64,000 bases of DNA from Octopus sinensis (lineage: Eukaryota), in contig NW_021833589.1 in NCBI RefSeq assembly GCF_006345805.1, forward strand, positions 1 to 64,000. The letters run 5' to 3'. Of this stretch, positions 51,710-63,739 are shown one piece after another. Each line of letters opens with the position of its first letter. The stretch's first letter is position 1. The translations under genes and the position numbers were made by a program. The notes beneath the pieces were generated by a model. The model did no database searches and was not told the origin of the DNA. It saw nothing but the letters and a program-made list of their open reading frames with translations.

Positions 51710-52090
51710 CAAATCTTTTTCAATCTACTTAGATGCACGTTTGATGCTGTTTCTCCATTATCTTTAATAATAGTACACGTAGTTTCAAATTTTTCTGAAA
51801 CTGTACTTATTTATATTTAGTTCGTCATATAATGGGTATCTACGGCTACCAGGTTATCATCCCTGTCGTCTTTCAACAGCACTGTATCTCCAATTTAAAT
51901 GTCTTCGGCGTCATATTTCTACTTACAACGTTTTTTCATTTTCTCTCCAGCTTTAACAAGGTTTTCATGTACTTGTTTCTCAGTATTTTTATCGTCATTC
52001 TCAAAATAATTTGAATTTGACTCATCATTTAGTTCTGCATTTATAATTAACAAATTTCCTAGCGAATTCTAATAGGATGATCACGGGAGA
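51710..52090 (-). pseudogene. Ginger integrase C-terminal remnant
   Basis: KAGEKMKKR..IGDTVLL..HLSRLKK parallels the 27352 ORF. Confidence 0.5.
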
Positions 52091-52149
52091 CTTTATTATT
52101 TAAAATGTTGTGTTCCTGTTAAATATGGAAAAAGTTTCAACATTGAACA

Positions 52150-53200
52150 ACATCGCCAGACGTTGAAACACAAAAAGAGATTAGAATCAGGAAAATTTAA
52201 TGTCTAAATGAAGTTGATTTCTAAAGATGTGGTTTCCGAAGAATCTTTCGCAATTAGTTTGGTCGAAATGATGACAAAAACAAATATTCCGATGTTCAAA
52301 TTAAGGGATGTCCATTTTCAAACTTTTTTTGAAATTTTGGGATTTTAACTGCCTAGTGAGACACATTCCAAAATCTTGTTTCCACTATTTCTGTGAAACA
52401 GGTTGAAAAACTAAAATATGTGAACATTATTGCAGGGAAGATTGACAACCCAACCAATATTTATTTAATTGACTGTATTTGTGTTGAGACGTGTAATGCA
52501 AGTTCAATTTGTCAAACAATTGATGATTGCTTACGAAATTAACAAGTTGAGAGAAAAAACTTTGTTTTGTTGTTAACTGATGCTGCACCGTAGATGATCT
52601 CAGCCGCAACTAGCATACGTATATTTTATCCGAATATGATTCACATTACTTGTTTTGCTCATTTACTTCATAATTGGGCACTAAAAGTGCGTTCTCAGTA
52701 TCAAGCCATCGATTTCTTAATATCATCGATGAAGATCGTGACGCTTAAAAATAAAAGTCGTCAAAAGCATTTTTTCTGAATTTGGTCTACCTCCAGATGT
52801 TGTTGTCACAAGATGGGGCAGCTGGCTTAATGCTGGAACATATTATTCAAAAAATTTGAACAAAATCCGAAAGATAGTTTCCTCGTTATCGAATAATGGA
52901 AAAAATTGTTTTGAATGCAAAGAAGGCGATAAATTTTGATTCACTGGAGCGGAACCTAGCAAACATAGCATTTTACAACTGTCTAAGCGAATGAATAAAG
53001 AAATGTGAAGATACTTTTTATACTGTTAAAGATGCTATTCAAAGTATTAATTCTATCGACTTTGGGGAAGATCCATGTGAGATTGCACAATATTTAAAAA
53101 AAGAACAAATTCAATGCCATGGAATAGTATTCAAGAAGCTAATTTTAGAGATTTCCCTCCTGAATTATTCGTGTATTTATGGAAATGCTTGCACAACATG
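52150..53200 (+). mobile_element. hAT-like transposase remnant
   Basis: LTDAAP, HITCFAHLLHN, VVTRWGSWL. Confidence 0.75.
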
Positions 53201-53299
53201 GCAAACCCAGCACAAACAGTCACAACTAACTAATCAAATGAAGGAGCAAGGAACGAAGGGATTGCTTGTGCCGATCAACATTAGCCTCCAAATCTTCAT

Positions 53300-53610
53300 T
53301 ACAGCCATCCGTCTCCAAAGAGAGGTGGGGAATTTCTGGTATGCCCAGTTCCCATTTGTCAGCCTCCTACCGTAGCTCACCGCACTTCATTTGAATCCGG
53401 ACGGGTTTTTCGCATAATGGAGATTCTTCATCGGTAATGTGATCAGGGGAAGGTAGGAGGTCCCCTTTCGACATCTGTGTCGTGCCAGATGGACTCGTCG
53501 CCTCACGGGTGGGAAACGTTGACAAGATTTGACCCCGGCTGAAAACTTGGTTCCATCGGATTTGAACCCACGACGTTTGAATTCCAAAATTCATAGTCTT
53601 CAGCCACTGG
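53300..53610 (-). mobile_element. tRNA-derived SINE, second copy
   Basis: A-box-like CAGTGGCTGAAG and B-box GGGTTCAAATCC (53558-53569). Confidence 0.6.
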
Positions 53611-53890
53611 GGCTTGTTATACCGAACGGTAAAATCAGTCTCGATTCGAGTGTCCACCCGTATCTCAACTCTTTCATTCGATATTACCTCCTGCATCGAG
53701 TGTGTCTTCAACCTTTTCTGATTCTTCAATCCATAAAGACGACAAAAATGGAGATGCAAACAGCGCACAACTTCATTATGACGTCTCGTGTAGTCAAGAT
53801 ACAGCATACGTTCACATCTAGTGGCCAGATGATCCACTGTTTTCTTCGCCGCTTTACAATGAGGTCACCTTGAGACCAGTTCTTCGCTGG
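53611..53890 (-). mobile_element. R4/Dong-like RLE retrotransposon fragment
   Basis: CCHC finger HCK..VDHLATRC, then YTRRHNEVV..VDTRI..YNKP. Confidence 0.7.
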
Positions 53891-53899
53891 AAAAGAAAG

Positions 53900-53965
53900 T
53901 GGAATCACCAGGATGTCTCCACAACGATAGGGATGAAACGATACCGTTGTCCAAGATTTGCGTAT
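53900..53965 (-). mobile_element. Short CRE RLE fragment
   Basis: KYANLGQRYRFIPIVVETS. Confidence 0.55.
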
Positions 53966-54061
53966 TTGGCAATTTTTTTATATCTGAGAGGGGGGTCTGA
54001 AGCTACCATAATAAAAGAAGAAACTAGAACTGCATATTTTATATGATAAAATCCTCTAATC

Positions 54062-54351
54062 CAGGGATATCAAACATGCGGCCCGCGAGCCTTATGTGGA
54101 AATGAAAGACCAAAACACAAACAAGATACAAATCGAATATTGGATTCAAAATTTGTTGGGGGTTAAAATACCTGCTTTCTTAACTCATCTTCCTAAAAAA
54201 TTAAAAACTTTAGAAATTTAGATTTCCTTATTTTTTATTTTCCAATAAAATAAATAATCTTTCCTGTGTGAAAAATTATTATAAATGCAGCCCCTTAAAG
54301 GAAATTCTTTTACAGTGCGGCCTTTGAAGCGAAATGAGTTAGACACCCCTA
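54062..54351. mobile_element. hAT MITE
   Basis: CAGGGATATCAAAC / GTTAGACACCCCTA termini. Flanks CTCTAATC / CTTAAATC (6/8). Confidence 0.65.
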
Positions 54352-54392
54352 CTTAAATCCCATGAACATAACTAATTTGCATCAAAGAGTAT

Positions 54393-55735
54393 TATTATTA
54401 TCGGCAACTGCCGTAGAAACATAATATGTCGCGACCCACGCTGGCGACCATCCCACGCTGGCGACCATCAGTTTGACAGGTTATGACCTTCAGTTGACAG
54501 GTGATTCAAACCGGAAAAAATTCATTTTAAGAAATGGTTTAGCGTCATTTTACAAAAAAAAATGGTTTCTCTCAAAAGATGTTAGCATGAAAAAAGCGAC
54601 TCAATTAATCATTATTAATGATCGGTATATTTGCGACTCCTAACTCATAGTCTTTATCTAAAGGACGAGAATAACCAAAAACACAAATTGGTCATTTGTC
54701 TGGACAATGAAATGGAGATGAGGACACTAGCATTCGCCATTAACAAGAATCCCAATGGGGAATACGAAAGCTTCAGAAAAAGTGCAGTGAATTCTATTTC
54801 ACTGTAAAACGTCCAATCATCGAACAAATTATAAAAGACTGCGAAATTTGTAAATTTGTCCTACCATTGAAAGTATTTAAAAAAAATACCTAGGTGTCGG
54901 ATTCTAATTACCATGTAACTGCAGGAAAACCCAATGAAAGATTTCAGGCGGATCTTATTGTTGTTAGAAGATATAAAGATTTTAACGATGGATCTAATTG
55001 GATACTGACAATTATTGACATCTACAGCAAATTTGTTGTCTGCAAATCTTTAAAAAATAAAACTGCTTCTGGTAAGACTTGAAATTTAATTGAAGAAGTG
55101 GTGAATAAATTCCACCTGTCAATCTTGTCAACAATGAAGGTCGCTCAGGTCGCCAGCGTGGGATGGTCGCCAGCGTGGGTCGCGACATAATAGTTATATT
55201 TCCACACGTGCGGCACTTGAAACGATTTTCTTGATAATCCTTGTCCAACCTCCCCTGTTGCATGCTAAGTTTCTCATTGCGTTTAGATCATCCCCATTTT
55301 TAAGCTTGCGGTTGATTGATTTGAGGTCAGCATCCAGCACCTCCGGTAGAGTAATGCGCGGGCGTCCCCAAAATTTTTTTCCACTAGCGGCAAAATATTC
55401 TTCCATAGCCAAATTTGCGGGTGAAGGATTGGGTGGCTAACAGGCCGGTAACGATTGCGCTTCGTTTGCGCCTCTACAATGCATTTGTGAAACCGGTCTT
55501 GCTATACAACTCCTCCTGTTGGGGGATCTCTGCTTCCGAAATTAAAAACCTTAACTCCTTCCACCAAAGACAACTGCGTATATTATGTGGGGTACAATGG
55601 TCGACCCGGATCAACAACGGGGCACTTTACCGTAAATGCTCAGTGCAACCTGTGATTCTGGATGTGATGGAAGCCCGATGGAGACTGTTCGGACATGTCC
55701 TACGGATGGACCAGACGTCACCCGCAAATTTGGGT
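54393..55735 (-). mobile_element. RTE insertion with inverted 5' segment
   Basis: (TAA)n tail at about 54393-54400. TSD ATCAAAGAGTAT at 54381-54392 and 55736-55747. 3' part on minus, 5' part (55425-55733) on plus. Confidence 0.85.
54427..55187 (+). mobile_element. Second Ginger2-like element, deleted
   Basis: TIR TGTCGCGACCCACGCTGGCGACCATCCCACGCTGGCGACC, 5-bp TSD TAATA. PNERFQADLI..IDIYSKF. Confidence 0.88.
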
Positions 55736-56249
55736 ATCAAAGAGTATGAAGGATTAAATGAACTTATTTATAAATTATAAATATATTCTTATATAAATTT
55801 TAATATAATTTTATATTTTAAATTATTATTTGATTACACGTGCCCAGTGCTTTTTGTTGGAATTGTCCTATTATTTAGTCGCACTTTATTTTTTATGTAA
55901 ATGGATTCACAAGGAATAATTTGTGATGTAATTTCATTTAATGATTAAATTATCTGAAAATTCATCATTTCGTGATATATTTAGAGTTTATTCCTATAAT
56001 CTGTTTTTTTACATATTTTAAAATTTCTCAAAACTGTTATTTTATTTGCCATCCTTTTTTATTCAATTTATATTCTCAATATTACACTGTGAAGATTGTT
56101 TTAGTTCATAGTAATTTTGATATTTTATGTTTGTGTTTTTTGTATAAAATTATGTATCAGCTCAAATTAGCATTATATTGTGAAATTTGAATTTTTTAAC
56201 CTTAAAAATTGAAAAATTTAACCTTAAAAATAAGAAACAATAAAATACT

Positions 56250-57119
56250 TTAAAGACTATTTATTGAAAATGGACATAACATAATTTTCCAAATTTTGTG
56301 TAGCAAAGTTTCTGTTTGACCTCATAAAACTCCTAAATTGCGAAAAGCATCGTTCGATAGATGCCGAGGATGGTTGACAGTTTTGAAGTAACGAATAATC
56401 TTCCGGAGAGATATTTTTATTATCCATATTAATAATTTTAGTCATATCGCTCTCTAAAATTCTCTTCTCTAAATATTTTTTGATCCCTGCTTCATCCTTC
56501 CCGAAGTCAAGTGTACTTAACGTCGAATATGCAAATTCTATTGTACATTCGTTACTTTCAAGTTGTCATATTTTCTCTATGAGATTAATTACTATATGAA
56601 AAACCTGGAATATGTGAATAGTTATGCGAAATTGCACGTAAGCTTTTTACTAGTTTTTTTACTTTTCAATGCATTTTTGGTGGCAGTCACTAGTATTCCT
56701 TCGTCCTCAATCAAATCAAAAATGTTAATCACTGAGATTAAATTTCTTGAATAAAAAGATGCAGCCTTTAACCAGGTGCCCCATCTCGTCAACACAACTT
56801 TCGGAGGAATTCCAATTTCGTAAAACAACAATTTTTGCTTGTGGTTCTTCCTGACAGAAGCTTGCACGCTAGCTATCTTATCATCAACTTCTGGATAAGA
56901 TTTTCTGACCTCCATTGAACAATTATGCAAAATATGGGTGACGCGATTGGGATATAAATTTTTTAAAATTTTCCCGGCTAAATCATTAATTAATTAAAAC
57001 AATACCGGATGTCATATACCGTGCAGCATCGGAAATGAGAAGCATAAAATTATCCCGTTCAACCATAAGGTTTCGAATGGAATCATCAACGATCTGTGCT
57101 ATGGTATTTTTTTGGAAAA
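56250..57119 (-). mobile_element. hAT-like transposase remnant
   Basis: ISDAARYM, VLTRWGTWL, SSASIERCFS. Confidence 0.75.
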
Positions 57120-58110
57120 TTTTTTTTTTCTTAATTTATTTAGCTAGAAAAGAAAATGGAACAGGAAGTCAGCTACTAGCCGCAGAGAGAATAGAGAAAC
57201 TGTTCCCCCTGAGTACGGCTATTGAGACGCGCTCAAAAAGCCGATTGACCTCGCGGGGGTCGTTTCTAATCCTCCCGAGGTGAAGGCCTCTTTCGGTGAG
57301 AAAACGTAGCGTGGCTGGGCCGAATGTGCCTGATGTTTCGACTGAAACAGGCACAAAGAGGAATCTGTCGGCGAGCGAGGCGTACTTGTCTTGCTTCCGG
57401 GTCTCTGCCCTCTTCGCCGCTGTGCCAGCTTCGATCGCGGACGCGAGAAGGCATGTTGACGCAAAAGTGTCAGAGCATGTCGCGTCCCAGACGATTGCTT
57501 TGCCGCACTTGAACGGGAAGAGCGAGACGCCGTCCGGCCTCTTGCCATCGCCCCTGTTAAGGCCAGAGGGCTCCAGCTGGCACGGGATGCCGGTTGCCTC
57601 GAGCAGACGCTTTATTATGGAATTAAGCTGTCCGTGCCTGGGGAACCTCCCAGGGCATTTGCGGCAGGAGAGCGGGTGTAGACCTTTGCGGTCTATATGA
57701 GCCCCGCAACGGCATTGGTGAGGCTGGCAAATGTCTAAGCCGAGTCGGAGAGATATTCCGATTCTTAAACAGTCTGGGTCCAGGAAGGTTCCAGCTGCAG
57801 GGGAAGGATAGGCGTTGATCCAGGCGCCAGTCCGTGGAGATGCTCCAGACAACAGACAAGCACGCCGGTGTTGGTCTCCGTGAGACAGTAAGTACCGGAA
57901 AGACTGAGAGCTGCTGATCTCCGTCCATTCGCGCATAAGGCATAGGTCAACGGGAGTTTTTAGTCCGCAATCTGTCCACAACGATGTGCCGTATAAAAGC
58001 TCTGAGTCCGTGAGCGATCCAGAGGGAAGAGGAAGGATCTGGACTACGAGAGGCATGCATCGGTGAGAGGAAGAAAGAAAGCATGGCAAGGAGAGGACCG
58101 AGGGGGCTGT
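57120..58110 (-). mobile_element. 5'-truncated CRE with poly(A)
   Basis: ORF 57169-58089: TGAWIN, CRCG, GKRPDG, ERVSIAVLRGN. Poly(A) at about 57120-57129. Confidence 0.92.
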
Positions 58111-58640
58111 TTGTTATTTTGAAAATAATTAATATTGTATTTTGTAAATATTTTGTCAGTATGTCCATCCTTTCCCTGCCATAAAATGTCACGCCTCAAA
58201 AAGGAAATTATTTTTGAACATATCTCAGGTAATTTTGATATTTTATGTTTATGTGTTTTTGTATAAAATTATTTATGAATTTTGAAAATTGTTTTGTTAT
58301 AATTAATATTGTATTTTGTAATATTTTGTCAGTATGTCCATCCTTTCCCTGCCATAAAATGTCACGCCTCAAAAAGGAAATTATTTTTGAACATATCTCA
58401 GGTAATTTTGATATTTTATGTTTATGTGTTTTTGTATAAAATTATTTATGAATTTTGAAAATTGTTTTGTTATAATTAATATTGTATTTTGTAAATATTT
58501 TGATATTTTGTATTTCTGTTTCAAACATCGACCAATGCATTCTCAGTCCTTTCGCTGTCATACAATCTCGCGCCTCAAAATGGAAATTATTTTGGAACAT
58601 ATTTCATGTAATTTTGATATTTTATGTTTGTGTTTTTGAA
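58110..58640. repeat. 173-bp tandem duplication plus a diverged third unit
   Basis: CAGTATGTCCATCC at 58157 and 58330, with a diverged copy near 58540. Confidence 0.85.
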
Positions 58641-58885
58641 ATGAAGCTTTGACATTTATAAGAAAAAGCATGTTCCATTTTTATTTTTGTTAACTGTATT
58701 TATTAACTAAAATTGTGAATTTTGAAAAGTGAAAATTGTTTTGTTAAAAGTAATATTGTATTTTATGAATGTTTTGATATTTTTTTTCAATAAACAAACT
58801 TAGATCCAAAAACGAAAATAATCTTTTAAGATCGGCCAAATAATGTAATACAACAACAAGGACGATTTTTATATCAAATTATTAT

Positions 58886-59290
58886 TCAATTGAATACAAA
58901 ATTCCCGGCCTCGTAGATGGAAACACAGTTTCCACGTACTATAGCCAAGGAAATCCTTTCGAGAAGCCACTTGGACTCGCGTGGGTCTCCCCGTTTATGG
59001 GAAGTCATGCGGCCAAGCTTTTTCAAAAAGGAGAGAGACTTTTCGCCGATGACGCCGGATGTCTCGACGGCGATAGGAGTGAACAGATATCGTTCAGAGA
59101 GCTCCTTGTACTTTCCGATCTTCATTTTTTCGGTTTTGCGAGAGACTGAGCCAGCCTCGACAGCTGAAGAAAGAAGATTAAGCTCCGAGAAAGTGTCTGA
59201 ACACGTCGCATCCCATATCAGAGACTTGCCGAACTCAAACGGGAAAGTCGATAGACCGTCGGGTCTTTTTCCGTCTCGTTTCAGTTTTTC
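58886..59290 (-). mobile_element. 5'-truncated CRE
   Basis: RDGKRPDG, WDATC, ERISLAIVRGN. Confidence 0.9.
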
Positions 59291-59574
59291 CGTCATTTGC
59301 TATTTTATATTTCTGTTTCTTGATAAAATTATTAATCAACGAAAATCCCAAGTTGTTTTAAAATGCGTTTATACACCCCTCGACATTAAAATTTGGACAG
59401 TTAATAAATCGTCATTTTTATTATCAATTTTATTAAATTAAAAACTTAAGCATGCTTATATCATCTATATTTTTTAATTTTATAATATTTATCCATAAAT
59501 CTTTTTAGAATATTGAGAATAAAGCAAAAACCGATTTTTAAGACAAAAAATTCCGGACAAATGTCAAAAAATAA

Positions 59575-59870
59575 AATATCAGTAAGGAATATGCTTTCCT
59601 CTCGATTTATATAACTTTAAACTCCGAGTTTTCATCGAATTTATTAATTTTCGAATAAAATCAATTGGAAGTTTATTCCAAATTTCTAATATTTTATTTT
59701 TTTGATGTTTATTTTTTGGTCGATTTTCTGCATCATCCCTCGATAATTCATATTTAGTTTTTGACCAAATATGTTCAATGGGATTCATATCGAGGGATTG
59801 TGCCGGTCAATCGAGTAAATTAATTTTGTTTGCAGAAAAATACTCCTTTGTTGCTTTCGAAGTATGACAT
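59575..59870 (-). mobile_element. Tc1 transposase C-terminal remnant
   Basis: DWPAQSLDMNPIEHIW..SMKTR..GKHIPY. Confidence 0.8.
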
Positions 59871-59874
59871 GGGG

Positions 59875-60470
59875 CAGCGTTTCCCAACCTTTTTGTGCTC
59901 GCGGTACCTAAAACTTGGTTTTTTTTTCTCCGGCATTTAAAAAATCAGTATTCATTAGAAATGTTTTTTTAATTAATATATTCAAGAAACTTAACAAAAA
60001 ATTACCAAATTGTAATTATAATAACTAATGAGACACTTGTGTTTGTTTATGTGCACACAAAATTTCAGACGGGGACGAATTTGCGACAAACATACGCGGA
60101 GGTCATCTTCAACTGATAACAACCAGTTTCTGTTTTTTGACGAGACAAGAGAAAGCTTGTTCACACTTATATGATGTGAGAACTGAAGTAATATTTTGAT
60201 TGCTTTTTTAAAAATTGAAGGATAAGAATCTTTTATCAAAATCCAGAACTTATCTGTCTTTATTTTAGTAAATTTAATTTTTTAATGTGCGGTCATATCG
60301 AAGTTGACAAAGCTCCTCCTCTTCTGTTAGAGTAAGTTGATATTCACATGATTCGGAGAATGGATTTCTAATCCAATCATATATTTCAATATTAAGAGAC
60401 GGAAAATAATGATTGATGCTCTCTTCCAATTGTTCTAGATTTGCAGGCGAGTAATATGTCACGAGCTGGA
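59875..60470 (-). mobile_element. hAT 3' remnant
   Basis: CAGCGTTTCCCAACC terminus. WIRNPF and EDDLRVCLS..PR. Confidence 0.75.
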
Positions 60471-60519
60471 CGCGTTACCGACCCGGACGCGAAAATATAA
60501 GTTCCTTCAATTTCAGTAT

Positions 60520-61094
60520 CTAGTGTTCAATTATTAAATTTTCGTGATTAGATTCATTTAAAATCTTAAAACAATTTTGAATGGTTTCAGTAGATACGTC
60601 ATCCCAATCCATATTAACAAACAAAATTGCATCTTTTAATGTCAATTTTTTGTATGAATTGTATACAGAAACATTTTCATCGTCGGGAAAATCAGTTAAG
60701 TATTCTTGCTTTCTTCTCATGAAGTTAGCCTTGAATGTTTTCATAATTCAAATATCTATTGGTTGTAGTAATCCAGTAGAATTTTTAGAAAAAATTAAAA
60801 TCTTAATACAATCCAGGTTTAAAATTTTTATATCCTTGGAATCGGTATTTCGATAAGGGGTGCTTTTTGATTGAATAAGCTTGTAGTATAATGCAGATTA
60901 TAGAATTGATCAGGCTTATACAATTTATAAATTTCTTTAAGTTCTTGACGAAAAGAATTAATGTCAACTACTATATCAGTTCGCATCTCTCGGTGTAATT
61001 TTAACATTCTAAAATCATGGCTCTTTTTAAATTTTTCCAGAAATTCATTAGAATTTTTAAAGTTATTACGTTGTAACTCTGGCAAAATGCGCAT
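60520..61094 (-). mobile_element. pogo/Tigger transposase remnant
   Basis: EFLEKFKKSH..YKPDQFYN and WDDVSTETIQNCF. Confidence 0.6.
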
Positions 61095-61162
61095 CCTTAC
61101 ACAATATTAAGGAATCATTCAAAAAATCACCTACAAATTAATTTTCAATTAATACCTTAGAC

Positions 61163-63230
61163 CAGAGGTTTCCAAATGGGGAGGCGCGCCTCCCTAGGGA
61201 GGCGTTGACTCGTGTCAAGGGAGGCGCGAAAAGTATTTCAGAAACATTTTTTAGAAAATTATATCTATGTAAAAAACGTGACTATATTCCGATAATAAGA
61301 GTTATTAATTTAAAAATTATATTTTTTCAAAAATTTATTTAATTTATTAGACAATTAAATAATTTTAACACATGAATAAATTCTTGAGTGGTTGCACGTA
61401 TCTTTGTTGATTCTATGGAAAAACCCCTCTGTTTGCTTTGCCTCAAAACACTTGCAGCAGATAGTATGAGGCCATGCAAATTAAGAAGACATTTTGAAAC
61501 GATGCATTCTGAACATGTCCATAAGTCTGAAGAATTTTTTAAAAGAAAATTAGAAGAGTTTGATAACCAAACGAAATCGTTAAAAAAACTTGTTTCTGTC
61601 TCTTCAAATGCTTTACTAGCATCTTACAAAGTTTCTTACAGGATTGCAAAATGCAAGAAACCGCACAATATCGGAGAAACTCTAGTTTTGCCAGCAGCTA
61701 TCGATATGGTTGAAGCAATGTTTGGCGAATCCTATGCAAAACAATTACAGCAAATACCGCTTGCTGATAACACAGTCGCTAGAAGAATTGATGACATATC
61801 TGAAGATCTTTGTGATCAGTTGGTTTCTCGACTACGTAACTGTAAATTTGCTATACAAGTTGATGAGGGAGCTGACATAAATAAAAATGCACATTTAATT
61901 GCATATGTCAGATATGCTGAAGAAAGTACAATAATAGAAGATCTATTATTCTGCAAACCATTTCCTGGAAGGAGCACGGCCAATGAAATTTTTAATATAA
62001 TTGATACTTTTTTTGAAGAAAATAACATAGAATGGATCATTGTGTTGGACTTTGTACAGACGGAGCACAGTCAATGTCAGGAAATAAATCTGGTCTTCAA
62101 GCTCTTGTAAAAAACAGAGCACCAGAAATTATCTGGACGCACTGCATGCTGCACAGATCAGCACTTGTCTCAAAGAATATGAGTCCAGAACTGAACGATA
62201 TTTTTGCGCAAATTACAAAAGTTATAAACTACATAAAACACAGTCCTTTAAGAGCTAAGTTTTTTGCAAAGCTGTGTGAAGATATGGATTCAAAATATAC
62301 ATCGCTTTTATACTATTGTGAGGTACGCTGGCTATCTCGTGCAAAAGTGATTAGAAGGGTGTTTGAACTCAAAGATCAAGTTGCAGATTTTCTTGATGAA
62401 AATGATATTGAAGATGCAAAGTTGTTCAGGGATGATGACTTTATTGTCAAATTTGCCTATTTAGTTGACATTTTTGGGAAATTGAGTATATTGAATAATC
62501 AATGCAGGGACCACAACTACATTTATTCTCTCAAAAGGACAAAATAAAAGCATTTATGAAAAAATTGGTATTATGGAAATCAAATATACAAAAATATCTA
62601 TGACATGTTTCCACTTTTAAACACCTTTTGCGCCATAGTGAACATTGAAGCAAACAAAGACATATTTGCTGAACATTTGGATTGTTTGTTGAAGCATTTT
62701 GCTCACTATTTTAAAGATCTCGACTGTAAAATGTTCGAATGGATACAGAATCCATTTATTGATGAAGAAGATAATCAATTTGCATTGACAACTTTTGAAA
62801 AAGAAAAATGATAGAATTGTCATGCGATACATTATTGAAACAAAAATTTGAGAGAGAACCGCTAATTTCTTTTTGGTTGAATGTAAGAACGGAATATGAA
62901 ATTTTGTCGAATAAAGCAATGAAAGTTTTGTTGCCATTTGCTACTTCATATTTATGCGAAACTGGATTTTCTGCACTAGCTGCAATTAAATCTAAATATC
63001 GAACTCGTTTAGTAGTGACTAATGAGCTAAGAGTAGCACTCTCTGCGATGACACCAAGATTTGAAAAACTTTGCGCCAAGATGGAAAAAAAATTATCTCA
63101 TTAACTTTTTGTTTTAAAAAATTGTTTTTGATAAAATAATAATTGTATTATATTATGGAATATAAAGGGAGGCGCAAGATTGTACTTTTTCTCTAAGGGA
63201 GGCGCGTAAAAAAAAGCTTGGAAACCTCTG
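61163..63230 (+). mobile_element. hAT (Buster/ZBED5-like), near full-length, frameshifted transposase
   Basis: TIR CAGAGGTTTCCAA / TTGGAAACCTCTG. BED, QVDE, CTDGA, WTHCMLH, RWLS, FATSYLCETGFS. Confidence 0.92.
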
Positions 63231-63660
63231 GTGTAAGGTATGCCAAGTGCAAGCGGGGCGAAACCGAAGAGTTTAAGCCAGGCCTCTTGGTCGTTGGACG
63301 TGAGTGCATCGTCAATAGCGGAAGCCAGGCATATAGCTGCAGGGATCCGGACGGGTCTCGGGATCTTAAGTGGAATCTTGTTGGCCTTCCTTTGCTCAGA
63401 CAAGAAAAGCAGGAGAGAATCCGTATTGTCGAAATCCAACGGCTCGCTAGAGACGACAGGTTCATTCGATATTTTCGCCTGGGTCTTCCGGCCAAAGCCC
63501 ATACATACATTGCAGTTCCATAAACTGAGTGAGGATGCAGCCTGCCGGGACATCCTTACACATCCGAGGTGGAAAAAGTTCCCGCAAATCGAGCAGAAGA
63601 GCCCGTACTTGCGTGCATTGCCACAACCGCACGAGGAACTTGTAGGAGATAATTATCGTT
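63231..63660 (-). mobile_element. CRE N-terminal region with PHD finger
   Basis: KIPRPVRIPAA..AWLKLFGFAPLALG is homologous to the CRE N-termini at about 8310 and 44336. Preceded in frame by a C4HC3 motif at 63503-63631. Confidence 0.8.
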
Positions 63661-63739
63661 GTATTTTCGAATCTTTTTAACCCGTAAATTAATAAACAAG
63701 ACTATTAGGGTGGAGTTATATTTTATTTATTAGGACCAA

